Shown here one piece after another: positions 14,563 through 27,186 of a stretch of DNA of 64,000 nucleotides. A program made the position numbers and the translations under genes. Every line of letters begins with the position of its first letter. The stretch's first letter is position 1. Below the pieces are notes generated by a model. The model was not told where the DNA came from and searched no databases. It saw only the letters and a program-made list of their open reading frames with translations. The DNA is from Octopus vulgaris (taxonomy: Eukaryota), in contig OX597828.1 of the NCBI GenBank assembly GCA_951406725.2, positions 67,890,001 through 67,954,000 of the forward strand, given 5' to 3'.

Positions 14563-15484
14563 GTTGGTGGTGGTGGTGTTTGATGTGTGTGTGTGTAGAT
14601 AGAAAGATAGATAGATAGATAGATAGATACAGATATAGATGTTGATGGTGGTGGTGATATTTCATATTTGCGGTATAGTTAGCGTGTGTGTGTGTGTATG
14701 AGATGTAATAAATCACTACAGACTGGACGACTGCATGGAGTCAGAGAAATGAAGAGGAAGGCGGAGGTGGGAGACAAGAGGTCAAGATGGCGACACTATT
14801 CTGTAATCACCTTAGGTATTTTGGTGTGAGCGGTGGAGGAGGCGTGGTGGTCAGGTGAATACTTCTGACCACTTGTTGGCTTTATTCTAGGCCATTCACA
14901 ATATATGAATGGCCCTCAATAGCTTCCATTTCTAACACTTTTATTTCCTCTCTTTTAAAGTGGTTGTGGTGGTGGTGGTGGTGGTTGCGGTGGTTGTGGT
15001 GGTTGCGGTGGTAGTGGTGGTTGCGGTGGTAGTGGTGGTTGTGGTGGTGGTGGTGGTGGTGGTGGTGGTGGTGTTTAATATTTGTGGTATTGTTGTTGAT
15101 GTTTAGAAACCCCACCCCATATATCAGCATTTATAGTTATGTATGGTAAAAAAAAGTAATCCAGCCGTGACCATCCACCTTTACCATTTGCCACGTAACA
15201 CTAAGATCGTCCTTCCTTTGTATTTATTTATTTTTTTTGTTTGTTTATTTATTTATTTATTTTGAGTAGCGTTCTGTTTGGGACTTGACAGTTATTTCTA
15301 GCAAGTAAAGCAGCCATGCGTCGGTGGGGGTTGCATCGTTGACTCGAGAGGCTCTCGTTCTTTTTACGATGGTGGGGCGGGTGGGGGTGATAGTAGTGTG
15401 TGTGGGGGGGTTAATTAGTTTTTAATCAGAGGATGTGACACTTGTGTTTTATATAAGTCTATATTGTGGGAAATGGAAAGAAAC

Positions 15485-15517
<33 letters not shown>

Positions 15518-15719
15518 CACACACACACACACACACACACATATCAACACAAAATGTCTGTAGCGTGTTTGTGTGTTTGTGTGTGTCGTCGCAGTTTCTC
15601 CGAGTGATTAAAAAGTTCACTTTGCAACCATGAAGTCCTGGGTTCGATTTTACGGTGTGACATTTTGGATGTCATTTTCCATAACTTCGGGTTGGCCCAT
15701 ACTTTATGAACTCACCGAG

Positions 15720-15793
15720 GAGAATGAAGAGGAGGAAGGAAGGGAGGGGAGGAGGAGGAGGAGGAGGAGGAGGAGGAGGAAGAAGAGGAAGAA

Positions 15794-15828
<35 letters not shown>

Positions 15829-15862
15829 GGAAGAGGAGGAAGAGGAGGAAGAAGAAGAGGAA

Positions 15863-15900
<38 letters not shown>

Positions 15901-15961
15901 AGAAGAGGAAGAAGAGGAAGAAGAAGAGGAAGAGGAGGAAGAGGAGGAAGAGGAGGAGGAG

Positions 15962-15996
<35 letters not shown>

Positions 15997-16141
15997 GGAG
16001 GAGGAGGAGGAGGAGGAGGAAGGAGGAGGAAGAAGAGGAGGAGGAGGAAGAAGAGGAAGAAGAGGAGGAAGAGGAAGAAGAGGAGGAGAGAAGAGGAGAA
16101 GAGGAGGAGGAGGAGGAGGAGGAGGAGGAGGAGGAGGAGGA
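15720..16141 (+). repeat. (GAG/GAA)n purine-rich microsatellite
   Basis: Direct inspection. Confidence 0.97.
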
Positions 16142-16484
16142 ACAGAGTAAAAACAAAACTCAAATTAAGTTAATTAGATGTCTAATGAGGACAAATCTGA
16201 TTTCAGATGAAATAATAATATAAACATGGCTAATTATTATCTGTGACATAATTAGAGATCTGCGAAGTTACTATATAAATTAACTAATTTAAATAACACG
16301 TATCACAATGGCTCCATACTTAACAATTAGGAAAGATTATCGATAACAAGGTCATGAGTTCAAACTTCTGTTGTTCTTATGAAAAATAAACCGGGGCCGA
16401 GTCAAATTATTATATCTACTTCGGTAACCCTTGTCGATTCAAGTTTACACGCTTTGTAGTTGATGTGATTTGAGGGAGATTTAT

Positions 16485-16808
16485 AATAATAATAATAATA
16501 ATAAAACATTGTGTACAGTGCTCAGGTGCACTACAACTCATCTAAAGTGTATGTATAATCAGGTGTAGTTTCGGCGGATTTCGGAAAGCATGAGGGCCTT
16601 AAAGGATGCAGTGTCATGGCAGTCAACAACTGACGCAGGCAGTTTATTCCACGCTTCAGCAACTCTGAGCGTGAAAAAATGTTTCCGAAAGTCATGGGAG
16701 CTGTGTTGTTTTCTGACTTTGTAAACATGTCCACGTGGGTTGGACACATGGAGATCAAAAAGGTGTTCAGTGTTGTTGTTGGTGAGGTGGTTGATAACTT
16801 TGTGAGTG
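16485..16808 (-). mobile_element. 5'-truncated CR1-clade LINE 3' end
   Basis: RGHVYKV..RKHFFTLRVAEAWNKLPASVV..*, short UTR and (TTA)n tail. Confidence 0.85.
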
Positions 16809-16959
16809 TTTACTGCTATTGTTGACTGCTATTGTTTTTGATACTGCTTTGTTGTTGGGTTTTTTTTTGGGGGGGGGGGTATTGTTTTTATTGTTCTTGT
16901 TGTTGGTGGTGGAGGTGATGGTGGTGGTGGTGCAGCTGTTGCTTATGTGGTTGTTGCTG

Positions 16960-17355
16960 CTTTGTTTGTTTGTTTGTTTGTTTGTTTGTTGAACGAAGCG
17001 GTCTTCGTCCCATGTCTGTAGTGGGAGAAGTCCGAAACGTGGTCCTTTGCTATTCGTAAGACCCGCAGAAGAGAAAGCAGGTCAACCCCCGACACCGAGA
17101 GCATCGATGGATGGATGAATGCGCATCCAGGCTCAGCGGTTGCGTAGGAAGTCGGGGACAAGAAACAGGAAGAAAGAGTGAGAGAAAGTTGGAACGAAAG
17201 AGTACAACAGGGGTCGCCACCACCCCCTGTCGGAGCCTCGTGGAGCTTTAGGTGTTTTCGCTCAATAAACACACACAACGCCCGGTCTGGGAATCGAAAC
17301 CGCGGTCCTCCGTTCACGAGTCCGCTGCCCTAACCACTGGGCCATTCCACCTCCA
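16960..17355 (-). mobile_element. tRNA-derived SINE, family C, second copy
   Basis: Highly similar to 7106-7485, with a (CAAA)n tail. Confidence 0.85.
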
Positions 17356-17409
17356 CTGTTGCTGCTGCTATTGCAGTTGTCGTTGATGTTGCTGATAATG
17401 TTATCGTCA

Positions 17410-17970
17410 TTGTTGTTCAGCCCCAGGACAGTTCCCATTGAGCAAGCCTATCATCAAAGACATTCCAGTTGTGAGCAACTAGTCTTTATTTCAGACCTAG
17501 GTAATGTTCTGTATGTCCTTTAATTCTTATAGATGCTTAGATGTGATTTAAGAGAAATTCGGTTGCTATTTCTAGCAGGTCTAGTGGCCATATAGAAGCT
17601 CTGGCGTTGGCTTGTCGTTGTTGTTCTCGTTGTTGTTGCTGTTGTTTAATCCTAAATCATCCCTAATTGGGTTAACACCTAAGATGATACTCCGTCTTTC
17701 AATATTTAGTTTCACCTGTTTCAAATTGTGAGCTCAAGTCTCGGGTCAACTATTTTCCGGTCGTTATTCTCTAATATCAATAAAACATATAAATCTACAC
17801 CTGGTGTCGTTGTTGTTGTCGTTAAACCTTAGGTCAGCTTTGACCCAACCGTAATAATACTGTCTGTTCAAGCAATCTATGAACAGAGTATCCAGCATGT
17901 TATTTAAGACGATAGGATGTGATTCAAGGAGGACTTGGCAGCTATTTCTAACAGATAGAGTGGCCACCTA
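17410..17970 (-). repeat. Old dispersed repeat (family D), tandem degenerate copies
   Basis: Recurrent motifs ccag..gtgaccatc and gatttg..gctgctatttctagc; also at about 15170-15350, 21750, 28150, 34270, 49030-49230 and 62880-63025. Confidence 0.6.
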
Positions 17971-18169
17971 TATTTTGACTTTAGTTGTAACATATGCGCA
18001 GGCGTGGCTGTATAGTAAGGAGGTTGCTTTCCAGCCACATGACTCAGGGTTCTGTTTCGCTGGTTGCCACCTTAGGCAAGAGTCTTCTATTATAGCCTCG
18101 GGTCGATCAAAGCTTTGTAAGTGGATTTGATAAGTGGAAACTGAAAGAAGCCCATCGTATATATATAAC

Positions 18170-18608
18170 TGAGTTAAAGATATTCGAGAGTTTATTATGT
18201 TTTTTAAAGCCAAATTATATCTTCAAAGATAAATACCTATTTCTTTCTATATATTTCTATCTATTTTTTACCTTAAAAATTAAAAATTAAATATTTCACA
18301 TAATAAATGTGTTGTAGGAAATAATCCTAATGTTTTAAGTTTATAATTTAGTTAATGGAGTTTTTTCTATAAGAAAAATTATTATTTATTTATTTCTTAA
18401 ATAAATATAGTTTAACTCTATTTGCTTATTTATTTATCTATTATCATTAACCTGAAGATTGACTATAATTTTAAATCAAATTTATTTCAATTGAATTTAA
18501 ACTTAATTGTAGCAATGAAACGTACGTAGTGTTTTTACATATTATATTATATTTTTATCATTCATTTATACTTTTTGAGATCTAGCTATAATTTATATAT
18601 TTAAAAAG

Positions 18609-18610
<2 letters not shown>
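18170..18610 (+). mobile_element. PLE 3' end remnant with hammerhead-like motif
   Basis: RVKDIREFIMFFKAKL resembles a GIY-YIG C-terminus; CUGAAGA at 18452-18458 and GAAA-CGUACG-UA at 18517-18528; ends in (TA)n. Confidence 0.5.
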
Positions 18611-18667
<57 letters not shown>

Positions 18668-18811
18668 ATCTATTTATTGGTTTATGTCTATCACTGTCTG
18701 AGTTGCATAATAATAGTTTTATCTGTAATTTATATTTTATATATTTATACTGTGAAATTTGATTTATACTAAATTGAATTTTTCCCTGTAAGTTTGGAGT
18801 TATACTCCCTA

Positions 18812-18893
<82 letters not shown>

Positions 18894-18997
18894 GATAGAT
18901 AGATAGATATACATTTATATATATATATATACACACACACACACGCACATATAATACATACATATATGTACATACACACATATATATATACACACAC

Positions 18998-19124
<127 letters not shown>

Positions 19125-19155
19125 GATATTGTTATTATTATTTTCGCTTTCTTTA

Positions 19156-19725
19156 AGGCGGCGAGCTAGCAGAAACGTTAGCACGCCGGGCGAAATGCTT
19201 AACAGTATCACGTCTGCCGTTACGTTCTGAGTTCAAATTCCGCTGAGGTCGACTTTGCCTTTCATCCTTTCGGGGTCGATAAATTAAGTACCAGTTACGC
19301 ACTGGGTTGATATAATCGACTTAATCCGTTTGTCTGTCCTTGTTTGTCCCCTCTATGTTTAGCCCCTTGTGGGTAGTAAAGAAATAGGTATTTCGTCTGC
19401 CGTTACGTTCTTAGTTCAAATTCCGCCTAGATCGACTTTGCCTTTCATCCTTTCGGGGTTGATTAAATAAGTACCAGTTACACACTGGCGTCGATATAAT
19501 CGACTAAATCCGTTTGTCTGTCCTTGTTTATCCTCTCTGTGTTTAGCCTCTTGTGGGTAGTAAAGAAATAGGTATTTCGTCTGTCTTTATATTATGAGTT
19601 CAAATCTCGCCATGGTCGAATTTACCTTTCATACTTTTGAGGTCGATAAATTAGGTACCCGTTGATCACTGGAAACGATATAATCGATATCCCCTCCCCA
19701 AAAATTTCAGGCCTTGCACCAATAA
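19156..19725 (+). mobile_element. Family A SINE head-to-tail trimer
   Basis: Identical AAATAG|GTATTTCG junctions at about 19389 and 19572. Confidence 0.85.
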
Positions 19726-19793
19726 CAGAAAGGGTTCTTCTCTCTCTCTCTCTCTCCTCTGTCTTCCCTTCTCGGGATCTTTCCTTCTCCTAT

Positions 19794-19828
19794 GTTTCCG
19801 ACGAAGAGCTCCGCTCGAAACGTTAAAC
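19794..19828 (+). ncRNA. Minimal hammerhead-like motif (U4C core) in a PLE end fragment
   Basis: GUUU-CCGACGA-A-GAGC(UCC)GCUC-GAAA-CG-UU-AAAC; followed about 100 bp later by (TA)n. Confidence 0.65.
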
Positions 19829-19921
19829 CCTCCTTCTTACCTTCTTTCCTGAGCGTCCAATAATACTTTATTTGTTCCACGTCCTTGCGTTGTTGTGTTT
19901 TTTTTGTTTTCTTGTTTGGAT

Positions 19922-20029
<108 letters not shown>

Positions 20030-20296
20030 AGAGAAGAAGAAGTAGAAGAGCACTTAGTTTGGCAGCATTTGCCAGTTGGTCTCCTCTAACATCTCCACCT
20101 TTTACCAATGTTTCCGTTCATAGAATATGGTAACACTAAAAATCAACTTGTTTGTTTCTCCAACTATTGTGTGACGTCAATCGCAAGAATTAGGACATTT
20201 ATGGGGAGAGCGGAAAGGAGAGGAGGAGCGAGGTTAACATATTCGAAACATTCTTCTTCAATAAGAAACAACAATACGAGAGAGGAAATTCCTCAA

Positions 20297-21237
20297 CCGT
20301 GGGTCTCTCGATGTACTAGAAATAGAAACCAAGTCTCCCTTAAATCATATTTTATTACCATCTTAGAAAAAGAGAAAAAGGCAGAACGCGTTTGACTATG
20401 TAATCCAAAAAAGACACGATGGTCACGGCTGGAACGTCTTTCAACATTGATCCGCTGGGTCTCTCGATGTGCTAGAAATAGAAACCAAGTCTCCCTTAAA
20501 TTATACTTTATTACCATTTTAGAAAAAGAGGAAAAAAGCAGAACGCGTTTGACTATGTAATCCAGAAAAGACACGATGGTCACGACTGGAACGTCTTTCA
20601 ACATTGATCCGCTGGGTCTCTCGATGTGCTAGAAATAGAAACCAAGTCTCCCTTAAATCATACTTTATTACCATTTTAGAAAAAGCGAAAAAGGCAGAAC
20701 TCGTTTGACTATGTAATCCAGAAAAGACACGATGGTCACGACTGGAACGTCTTTCAACATTGATCCGCTGAGTCTCTTGATGTACTAGAAATAGAAACCA
20801 AGTCTCCCTTAAATTATACTTTATTACCATTTTAGAAAAAGCGAAAAAGGCAGAACGCGTTTGACTATGTAATTCAGAAAAGACACGATGGTCACGACTG
20901 GAACGTCTTTCAACATTGATCCGCTGGGTCTGTCGATGTGCTAGAAATAGAAACCAAGTCTCCCTTAAGTTATACTTTATTACCATTTTAGAAAAAGAGA
21001 AAAAGGCAGAACGCGTTTGACTATGTAATCTAGAACAGACACGATGGTCACGACTGGAACGTCTTTCAACATTGATCCGCTGGGTCTGTCGATGTGCTAG
21101 AAATAGAAACCAAGTCTCCCTTAAGTTATACTTTATTACCATTTTAGAAAAAGCGAAAAAGGCAGAACGCGTTTGACTAGGTAATCCAAAAAAGACACGA
21201 TGATCACGACTGGATCGTCTTTCATCGTTGATCCGCT
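20297..21237. repeat. Tandem array, 6 units of about 156 bp
   Basis: Unit starts at 20297, 20452, 20609, 20765, 20921, 21077 (and 21233). Confidence 0.95.
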
Positions 21238-21604
21238 TTGTCGAGGCTGACCTGGGTTAAGATCAGGTTTCTAACACAAAAAACTGCAACAACAGCGATA
21301 ATAACATCAATAGCAACAATAGTAACAATGAGAGACAGTGTTACATGTCCTTTAATAAAGTAAATCACGTGATCCTCTAAAACCATATGTGACATCATCC
21401 GTTTTGTCAAGTCAGCCAGGTCATGGTTGGTCACGCTCCATGGGTTGCTGTTGCCGCTGTTGTTGTTGTTGTTGTTGTTGTTGTTGCTGTTGCTTTTGTA
21501 TAACATTCCACCATTTCGCTTGTTTATGTAATCCATACGCTTTGGTTTATCATTGTTTTTGCTGCCGCTGATGCCATAAAAAACATGTTATTCGAGATAA
21601 GGTA

Positions 21605-21659
<55 letters not shown>

Positions 21660-21906
21660 AAGACAAACAAGATAACTTCGTTGGTTATACTTCTAACTGG
21701 AGGTCAAAAGCACTGCTTTTGGAGCCTTGGCAAACAAAGTGATCTTTTCAGAGTCGATCACTTCTGCTAGAAATATCAGCCAAATCTCCCGTAAATTACT
21801 CGCTCGCTATTTAAAGTAAATAGATAGTGGATGAGTAGGACTGGAAGATTTAATTGCTATTTCTCAGCAATTTTCTCTGTGTGCGCGCGCGTATTTCTGA
21901 CTGTGC

Positions 21907-21967
<61 letters not shown>

Positions 21968-22080
21968 TATATTCTGTTATTCGCTTCAGCTATGTGGCTG
22001 CGGTCATGCTGGAGCATCACACATATGTATGTGTGTGTGTGTATATATATATATAATATATATGTGTGTGTGTGTATATG

Positions 22081-22128
<48 letters not shown>

Positions 22129-22311
22129 CGTGTGTGTGTATGTCAAAGGCGCGGCTGTGTGGTTAGAAGCTTGCTTCCCAACCACATAGTTCCACGTTCA
22201 ATCCCACTGCCTGGCACTTTCTATAAAAGTCGTCTACAGTAGACTCGGGTCGATTAAAGAGTTGTGAGTGGATTTGGTGAACGGAAACTGAAAGAAGCCT
22301 GTCATATATAA

Positions 22312-22349
<38 letters not shown>

Positions 22350-22847
22350 GTATACATATTTACGTGTGTGTGAGAGAGAGAGTGTGTCCCCATCACCGGT
22401 GTTGGTGTGTTTACGTCCCCGTAACAGTGGTTCGGGCAAAAGAGACCGATAGAATAAATATCAGGCCTAAAAAAATCGTCCGGGTGTCGAGTTGTTCGAC
22501 TGAAACCCTTCAAGACCCCAGCATGGTCGGAATCAAATGACTGAAACAAAAAAGAGATAAAATATAATATATAATTGAATAAGTTGGAGTCAACAAGAAG
22601 GAGTACGGTTGGACATTTATTTGCAATCACTACAATTGTTTCTACGCAAGGTAGTTCTCCAGGTTCGCAGATATTTGGTTATGTAACCGTTTTCCTGCAT
22701 GATGAGATCTAATTGTGTTTCCTCGGGTGATATATATATAAATATTGTTTTCATAAACTCAAATTCTCGGCTTCAAGCGCATCCTTTCTGTCTGTCGTTG
22801 CTTGCGTTGTAGTAGTACCCACTCCGCGTATCATTTTCTGACACACC

Positions 22848-23078
22848 TATTTCTTTACTACCCACAAGAGGCTGAACACAGAGAGGACAAACAAGGACAG
22901 ACAAACGGATTAAGTCGATTATATCGACCCCAGTGCGTAACTGGTACTTATTTAATCGACCCCGAAAGGATGAAAGGCAAAGTCAACCTCGGCGGAATTT
23001 GAACTCAGAGCGTAACGGCAGACGAAATACGGGTACGCATTTCGCCCGGCGTGCTAACGTTTCTGCCAGCTCACCACC
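22848..23078 (-). mobile_element. Family A SINE with TSD
   Basis: 12-bp TSD TTCTGACACACC at 22836-22847 and 23079-23090. Similar TSD-bounded copies at about 41772-42002, 59128-59350 and 61600-61830; another full copy at 34517-34728. Confidence 0.9.
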
Positions 23079-23346
23079 TTCTGACACACCGAAGAGATAT
23101 TTATATCAGCAGGGCATACTTTGGTCAGCCCGAGGCCATAGTAGAAGACACTTGCCCAAGGTACCACGCAGTGGAACTGAACCCGGAACCATGTGGTTTG
23201 TAAGCAAGCTACTTACCACACAGCCACTCCTGCGCCTATATACACAGTATTCTTTTATTCTTTTACTTGTTTCAGTCATTTGATTGCGGCCATGCTGGAG
23301 CACCGCATTAAAGGGTTTTAAAGACGTTCCAGTCGTGACCATCGTG

Positions 23347-23740
23347 ACAGTACATACTTTTTTCTTGTCTATCCCAAACAATAATATTGGCCTGTTATGT
23401 TTGCACTTCCTAGATTTGACAGGAATGTTCTGCCAATATTCCTTTTGTTCATGTATGTATTCTGTAACAGGGCGTGGGGGGGGGTCTCTCTATTTATCTC
23501 AGAAGAGCCCTATTGTCGGGTGGCATTATATTGTTTTCGTGACAACGTCGTACTGTAAAACCTTGTTGACATTTTGGGCAAACATCTCAGAAATGTAGCG
23601 TAATCGACATTTTCGGTTGCATCTTGGAGATGCAATGGTTTCATGTCTCTTTTGTTATTAAGCATTTTGTAGTAATCTCCTGTTCTTGGACCGCAAAGGA
23701 ATTAACTTTCGAAACATTATGTGATGTGGTAATCACGAGT
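23347..23740 (-). mobile_element. RLE-type non-LTR retrotransposon remnant
   Basis: FAVQEQEITTK, PKMSTRF, EYWQNIPVK..KHNRP..IVWD. Confidence 0.65.
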
Positions 23741-24002
23741 CCAAAAAGGCTACACTTCGTATCGATATTTCTGTCGTCTTCAAGTGATCGGGAAACATAA
23801 TCATGCATAGGCTTTTCTTCCTTTGTTTTTTTTTGTTTTTTGTTTTTTGAGGTTTTTGGGGGGTTTTTTTTGGTGTGAGCGTTTCACATCCGGGTCGTCT
23901 TTGAGGTATATAAGTCCTGCTGTTTTGGAATCGCCAGGGGAGAAGGCGCTTCCTGAGAAGCTCACCGTTGACACATAAGACGTTGTTCTCGATGTCAGTA
24001 CG

Positions 24003-24425
24003 ATGGATGGATGGATGGATGGATGGATGGATGGATGGATGGATGGATGGATGGATGGATGGGGATGGGTGGGTGGGTGGGTGGGTGGGTGGGTGGGTGG
24101 ATGGATGGGTGGGTAGGTGGGTGGGTGGATGGATGGATGGATGGATGGGTGGATGGATGGATGGATGGGTGGATGGATGGGTGGGTGGATGGATGGATGG
24201 TTGGGTGTGTGGATGCGTGGGTGGGTGGGTGGATTGATGGATGGATGGATGGATGGATGGATGGATGGATGGGTTGATGGATGGATGGATGGATGGATGG
24301 ATGGATGGATGGATGGATGGATGGATGGATGGATGGGTGGATGGGTGGATGGATGGGTTGATGGATGGATGGATGGATGGATGGATGGGTGGATGGGTTG
24401 ATGGATGGATGGATGGATGGATGGA
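24003..24425 (+). repeat. (GGAT/GGGT)n microsatellite
   Basis: Direct inspection. Confidence 0.97.
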
Positions 24426-25632
24426 GTAGTTAGTGCACTGAGTATTTATGAACAAATGTCAGCGGATCACAAATGGAGGACCAACAAACTTAGAGATACT
24501 CGGCTCGTGCCAAATTTTACTTTGCCATTTCTCTTTCAAATGTTTGTCTATCAGCCGAACAGATTCCTGAGTAAGACTTTAAAAAAAAATACCTGCTGTG
24601 ACCGTAAGCTCTGGCCACCAACCGCAGTGACTCTGGGGACACAGCTTTTATATGTGACCGGTTTTTTTCGCGTTCAGGTTCGAGAAAAAACTGGATGTCT
24701 TCGGCGAAGATGTTTCATTTGTGACCAACAGTAAGAAGCATTCAAAAAGGTCAAATGTCGCCCGTCGAAGCTGACGGAAAACCCATCCTGTGATTAAATA
24801 GCAATATACACACATAATACTGTGACAACAGCGTATAAGAAACACTACGCACACGCATGTACACACTCAAATATATGAGTGTAAAACATTTCATGTATAA
24901 GATGTATGTATAATGTAATGGTTCTCCGTTGGTTCCGAAGATGAGGATTCAGCGGTTCTATCAAATAAACTACTCTTTACTTGTTTCAGTCATTTGACTG
25001 CGGCCATGCTGGAGCACCGCCTTTAATCGAGCAACTCGATCCCGGGACTTATTCTTTTGTAAGCCCAGTACTTATTCTATCGGTCTCTTTTGCCGAACCG
25101 CTAAGTAACGGGGACATAAACACACCAGCATCGGTTGTCAAGCAATGCTAGGGGAACAAACACAGACACACACACACTCATATATATATACATATATACG
25201 ACGGGCTTCTTTCAGTTTCCGTCTACCAAATCCACTCACAGGGCTTTGGTCGGCCCGAGGCTATAGTAGAAGACACTTGCTCAAGGTGCCACGCAGTGGG
25301 ACTGAACCCGGCACCATGTGGTTGGTAAACAAGCTACTTACTACACAGTCACTCCTGCGCCTACCTGTCCATTGAGTCAATGAGCAGTGGCTGAGTATTC
25401 CACAGACAATATAATTCGGTTATAATACATTGAACAAGTGCACTTGTCCAGCCCATTTCGCTCACCACAGGAAAGTGGAACTGAACCCGAGATTTCATGA
25501 TTATGAGGTAAATCTCTAAAGCATTCTGTTGTTTTCCATAAACACACACGCCTACATAGCCATTCATACATACTTATATACATCCATACACACACGTATT
25601 TGTATGCATGCATATTTTTGCACGTGTATGTC

Positions 25633-25693
<61 letters not shown>

Positions 25694-25761
25694 TTATTAG
25701 AGACAAAACCACTATTTTGCAAAACAAACAAGGAAAGACTTAATCAATACATAACATTTTT

Positions 25762-26980
25762 AGTAAAGAAGAAGTTGAAATTAATGTAATACCTTCCAAA
25801 TCTCATCAAACAGTCAAGTGTCGAGGCATTCATATTGCTGCAAATGTGTCTCATGAAAAGAATTTAACTATTTATTATCCACCTAAAACAATAGAAATCA
25901 AGACTGATGAACCCTTTCTTGAAGGTCGCAAAGGTATTTTGCATTGTAAGGCAATAAATGGATATCCAGAAAAGTACAGCTACAGGTGGGATCCAAGTAA
26001 CAAGACCTCACAAAATTTAACACTTTCTCAACTCAATCGAACACACAATAATGAGGTTTACACTTGTTATGCTTCTAACAAGTGCAGTAAAAGAGAATTA
26101 CATAAAAAACATTGGATCAATGTAGAATATCCACCTGATATTACTGCACCAGAGAATGTGACATTATTTGAGGATCAAGCATCCATTATAAACTGTTCTG
26201 CAAAAGGAAACCCTACCCCAGAAGTGTGGTTGGAGGATAAAAATCGAAATTTCCTTTCAAATTCTATATTAACTTTTAATCGTAAAAATATCAGTGATGT
26301 TTTCTGCACTGCCATTGCAAAGAGCGAAAGGAATGGAAATTTGACAGCTAAAAAGGAAATTAATATCCTGTTCAAATATCCTCCTCAAGTAAACATTCAT
26401 ATTTCAAATGAGCCAAATAACACTAAGAATACTTATAATAAAGAAGTATTACCTATAAACAATCCTTCCTTCAATAATACTGGTACATGGGAGTGTCATG
26501 TAATCAATGATGATTTTCGTGTGATTAAGTCATCAAACTACAAAATTCCAGTGAAAGCCATGTTCAGTTCAGTATCAAATGGTCCCAAAAAAAAAATGTT
26601 TCAAATGAGGAAACTGTAATTTTAAAACAGTGTTTTTATTCGCATCCAAAATCTGATGTTAAATGGCAGAAAAATGAGGAATCAATTGACTCAAACAAAT
26701 ATTTAATAACTGATTATTTATCAAATGAGTTTCCTTTCAAAGGAGCTGTACTAGTTTAAAGATAGAAGACATCAAAGATGATGATATTGATACTTATACC
26801 TTAATAGTGGAAAATTCCATAGGAAAAGAAACTATTGTTTTTACTTTGAGATATAAAAAAAAGCAAGAAATCCCCATGGGAATAATTATTGGTTGCACTG
26901 TCGGAATTGTATTATTATTAATAATAATGGGTCTTCTTACTTATATATTCTACAAAAGAAGAGATTGGAAGTCCACCTGA
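25762..26980 (+). pseudogene. Intronless, 5'-truncated Ig-superfamily type I membrane protein (about 4-5 Ig domains, TM helix, short tail) with 2 frameshifts
   Basis: Open from 25762 (..VKCRGIH..YYPP); Ig motifs LHCKAINGYP..W..YTCYASN, INCSAKGNPTPEVW..VFC and TGTWECHV. After the frameshift at about 26590: QCFYSHPKSDVKW. After the frameshift at about 26745: DTYTLIVENSIG, TM IIIGCTVGIVLLLIIMGLLTYIFY, KRRDWKST* (TGA 26978-26980). Many N-glycosylation sequons. Confidence 0.85.
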
Positions 26981-27015
26981 AGATTGTCGATCAAGACAAG
27001 AAACAATTGTAGTGG
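26973..27015 (+). ncRNA. Minimal type-I hammerhead ribozyme, canonical core
   Basis: CCAC-CUGAAGA-UUGUC(GAUCAA)GACAA-GAAA-CAAUUG-UA-GUGG; predicted GUA cleavage after 27011. Confidence 0.85.
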
Positions 27016-27186
27016 CGGTTTTTTTGACTATTTATTAAAATTTTATGTATTGATTAAGTCTTTCCTTGTTTGTTTTGCAAAATAGTGGTTTTGTCTCTAA
27101 TAATATTTTATAATATTTTACTATAAAATTGGATTTAATCCTAAATCTGATTTTTTCCCTGTAAATTTGGATTTATTCCCTAATAT

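Noticed and set aside
20297-21237. CRISPR-like array or 207-aa repeat protein
   Set aside because: Units are near-identical throughout with no unique spacers; the ORF is open only because 156 is divisible by 3; eukaryotic context
22628-22664. Hammerhead on the minus strand sharing GAAACAAUUGUAGUG with 27000-27014
   Set aside because: Core CUGGAGA breaks A6 and stem I is only 2 bp; at best a decayed PLE end
24690-24760. PLE-like GAAACATCTTC end motif
   Set aside because: No recognisable core or stems
25688-27109. Pack-type DNA transposon with TIRs
   Set aside because: The right repeat is internal: the element continues about 90 bp beyond it and includes a hammerhead, which fits a PLE 5' inversion better
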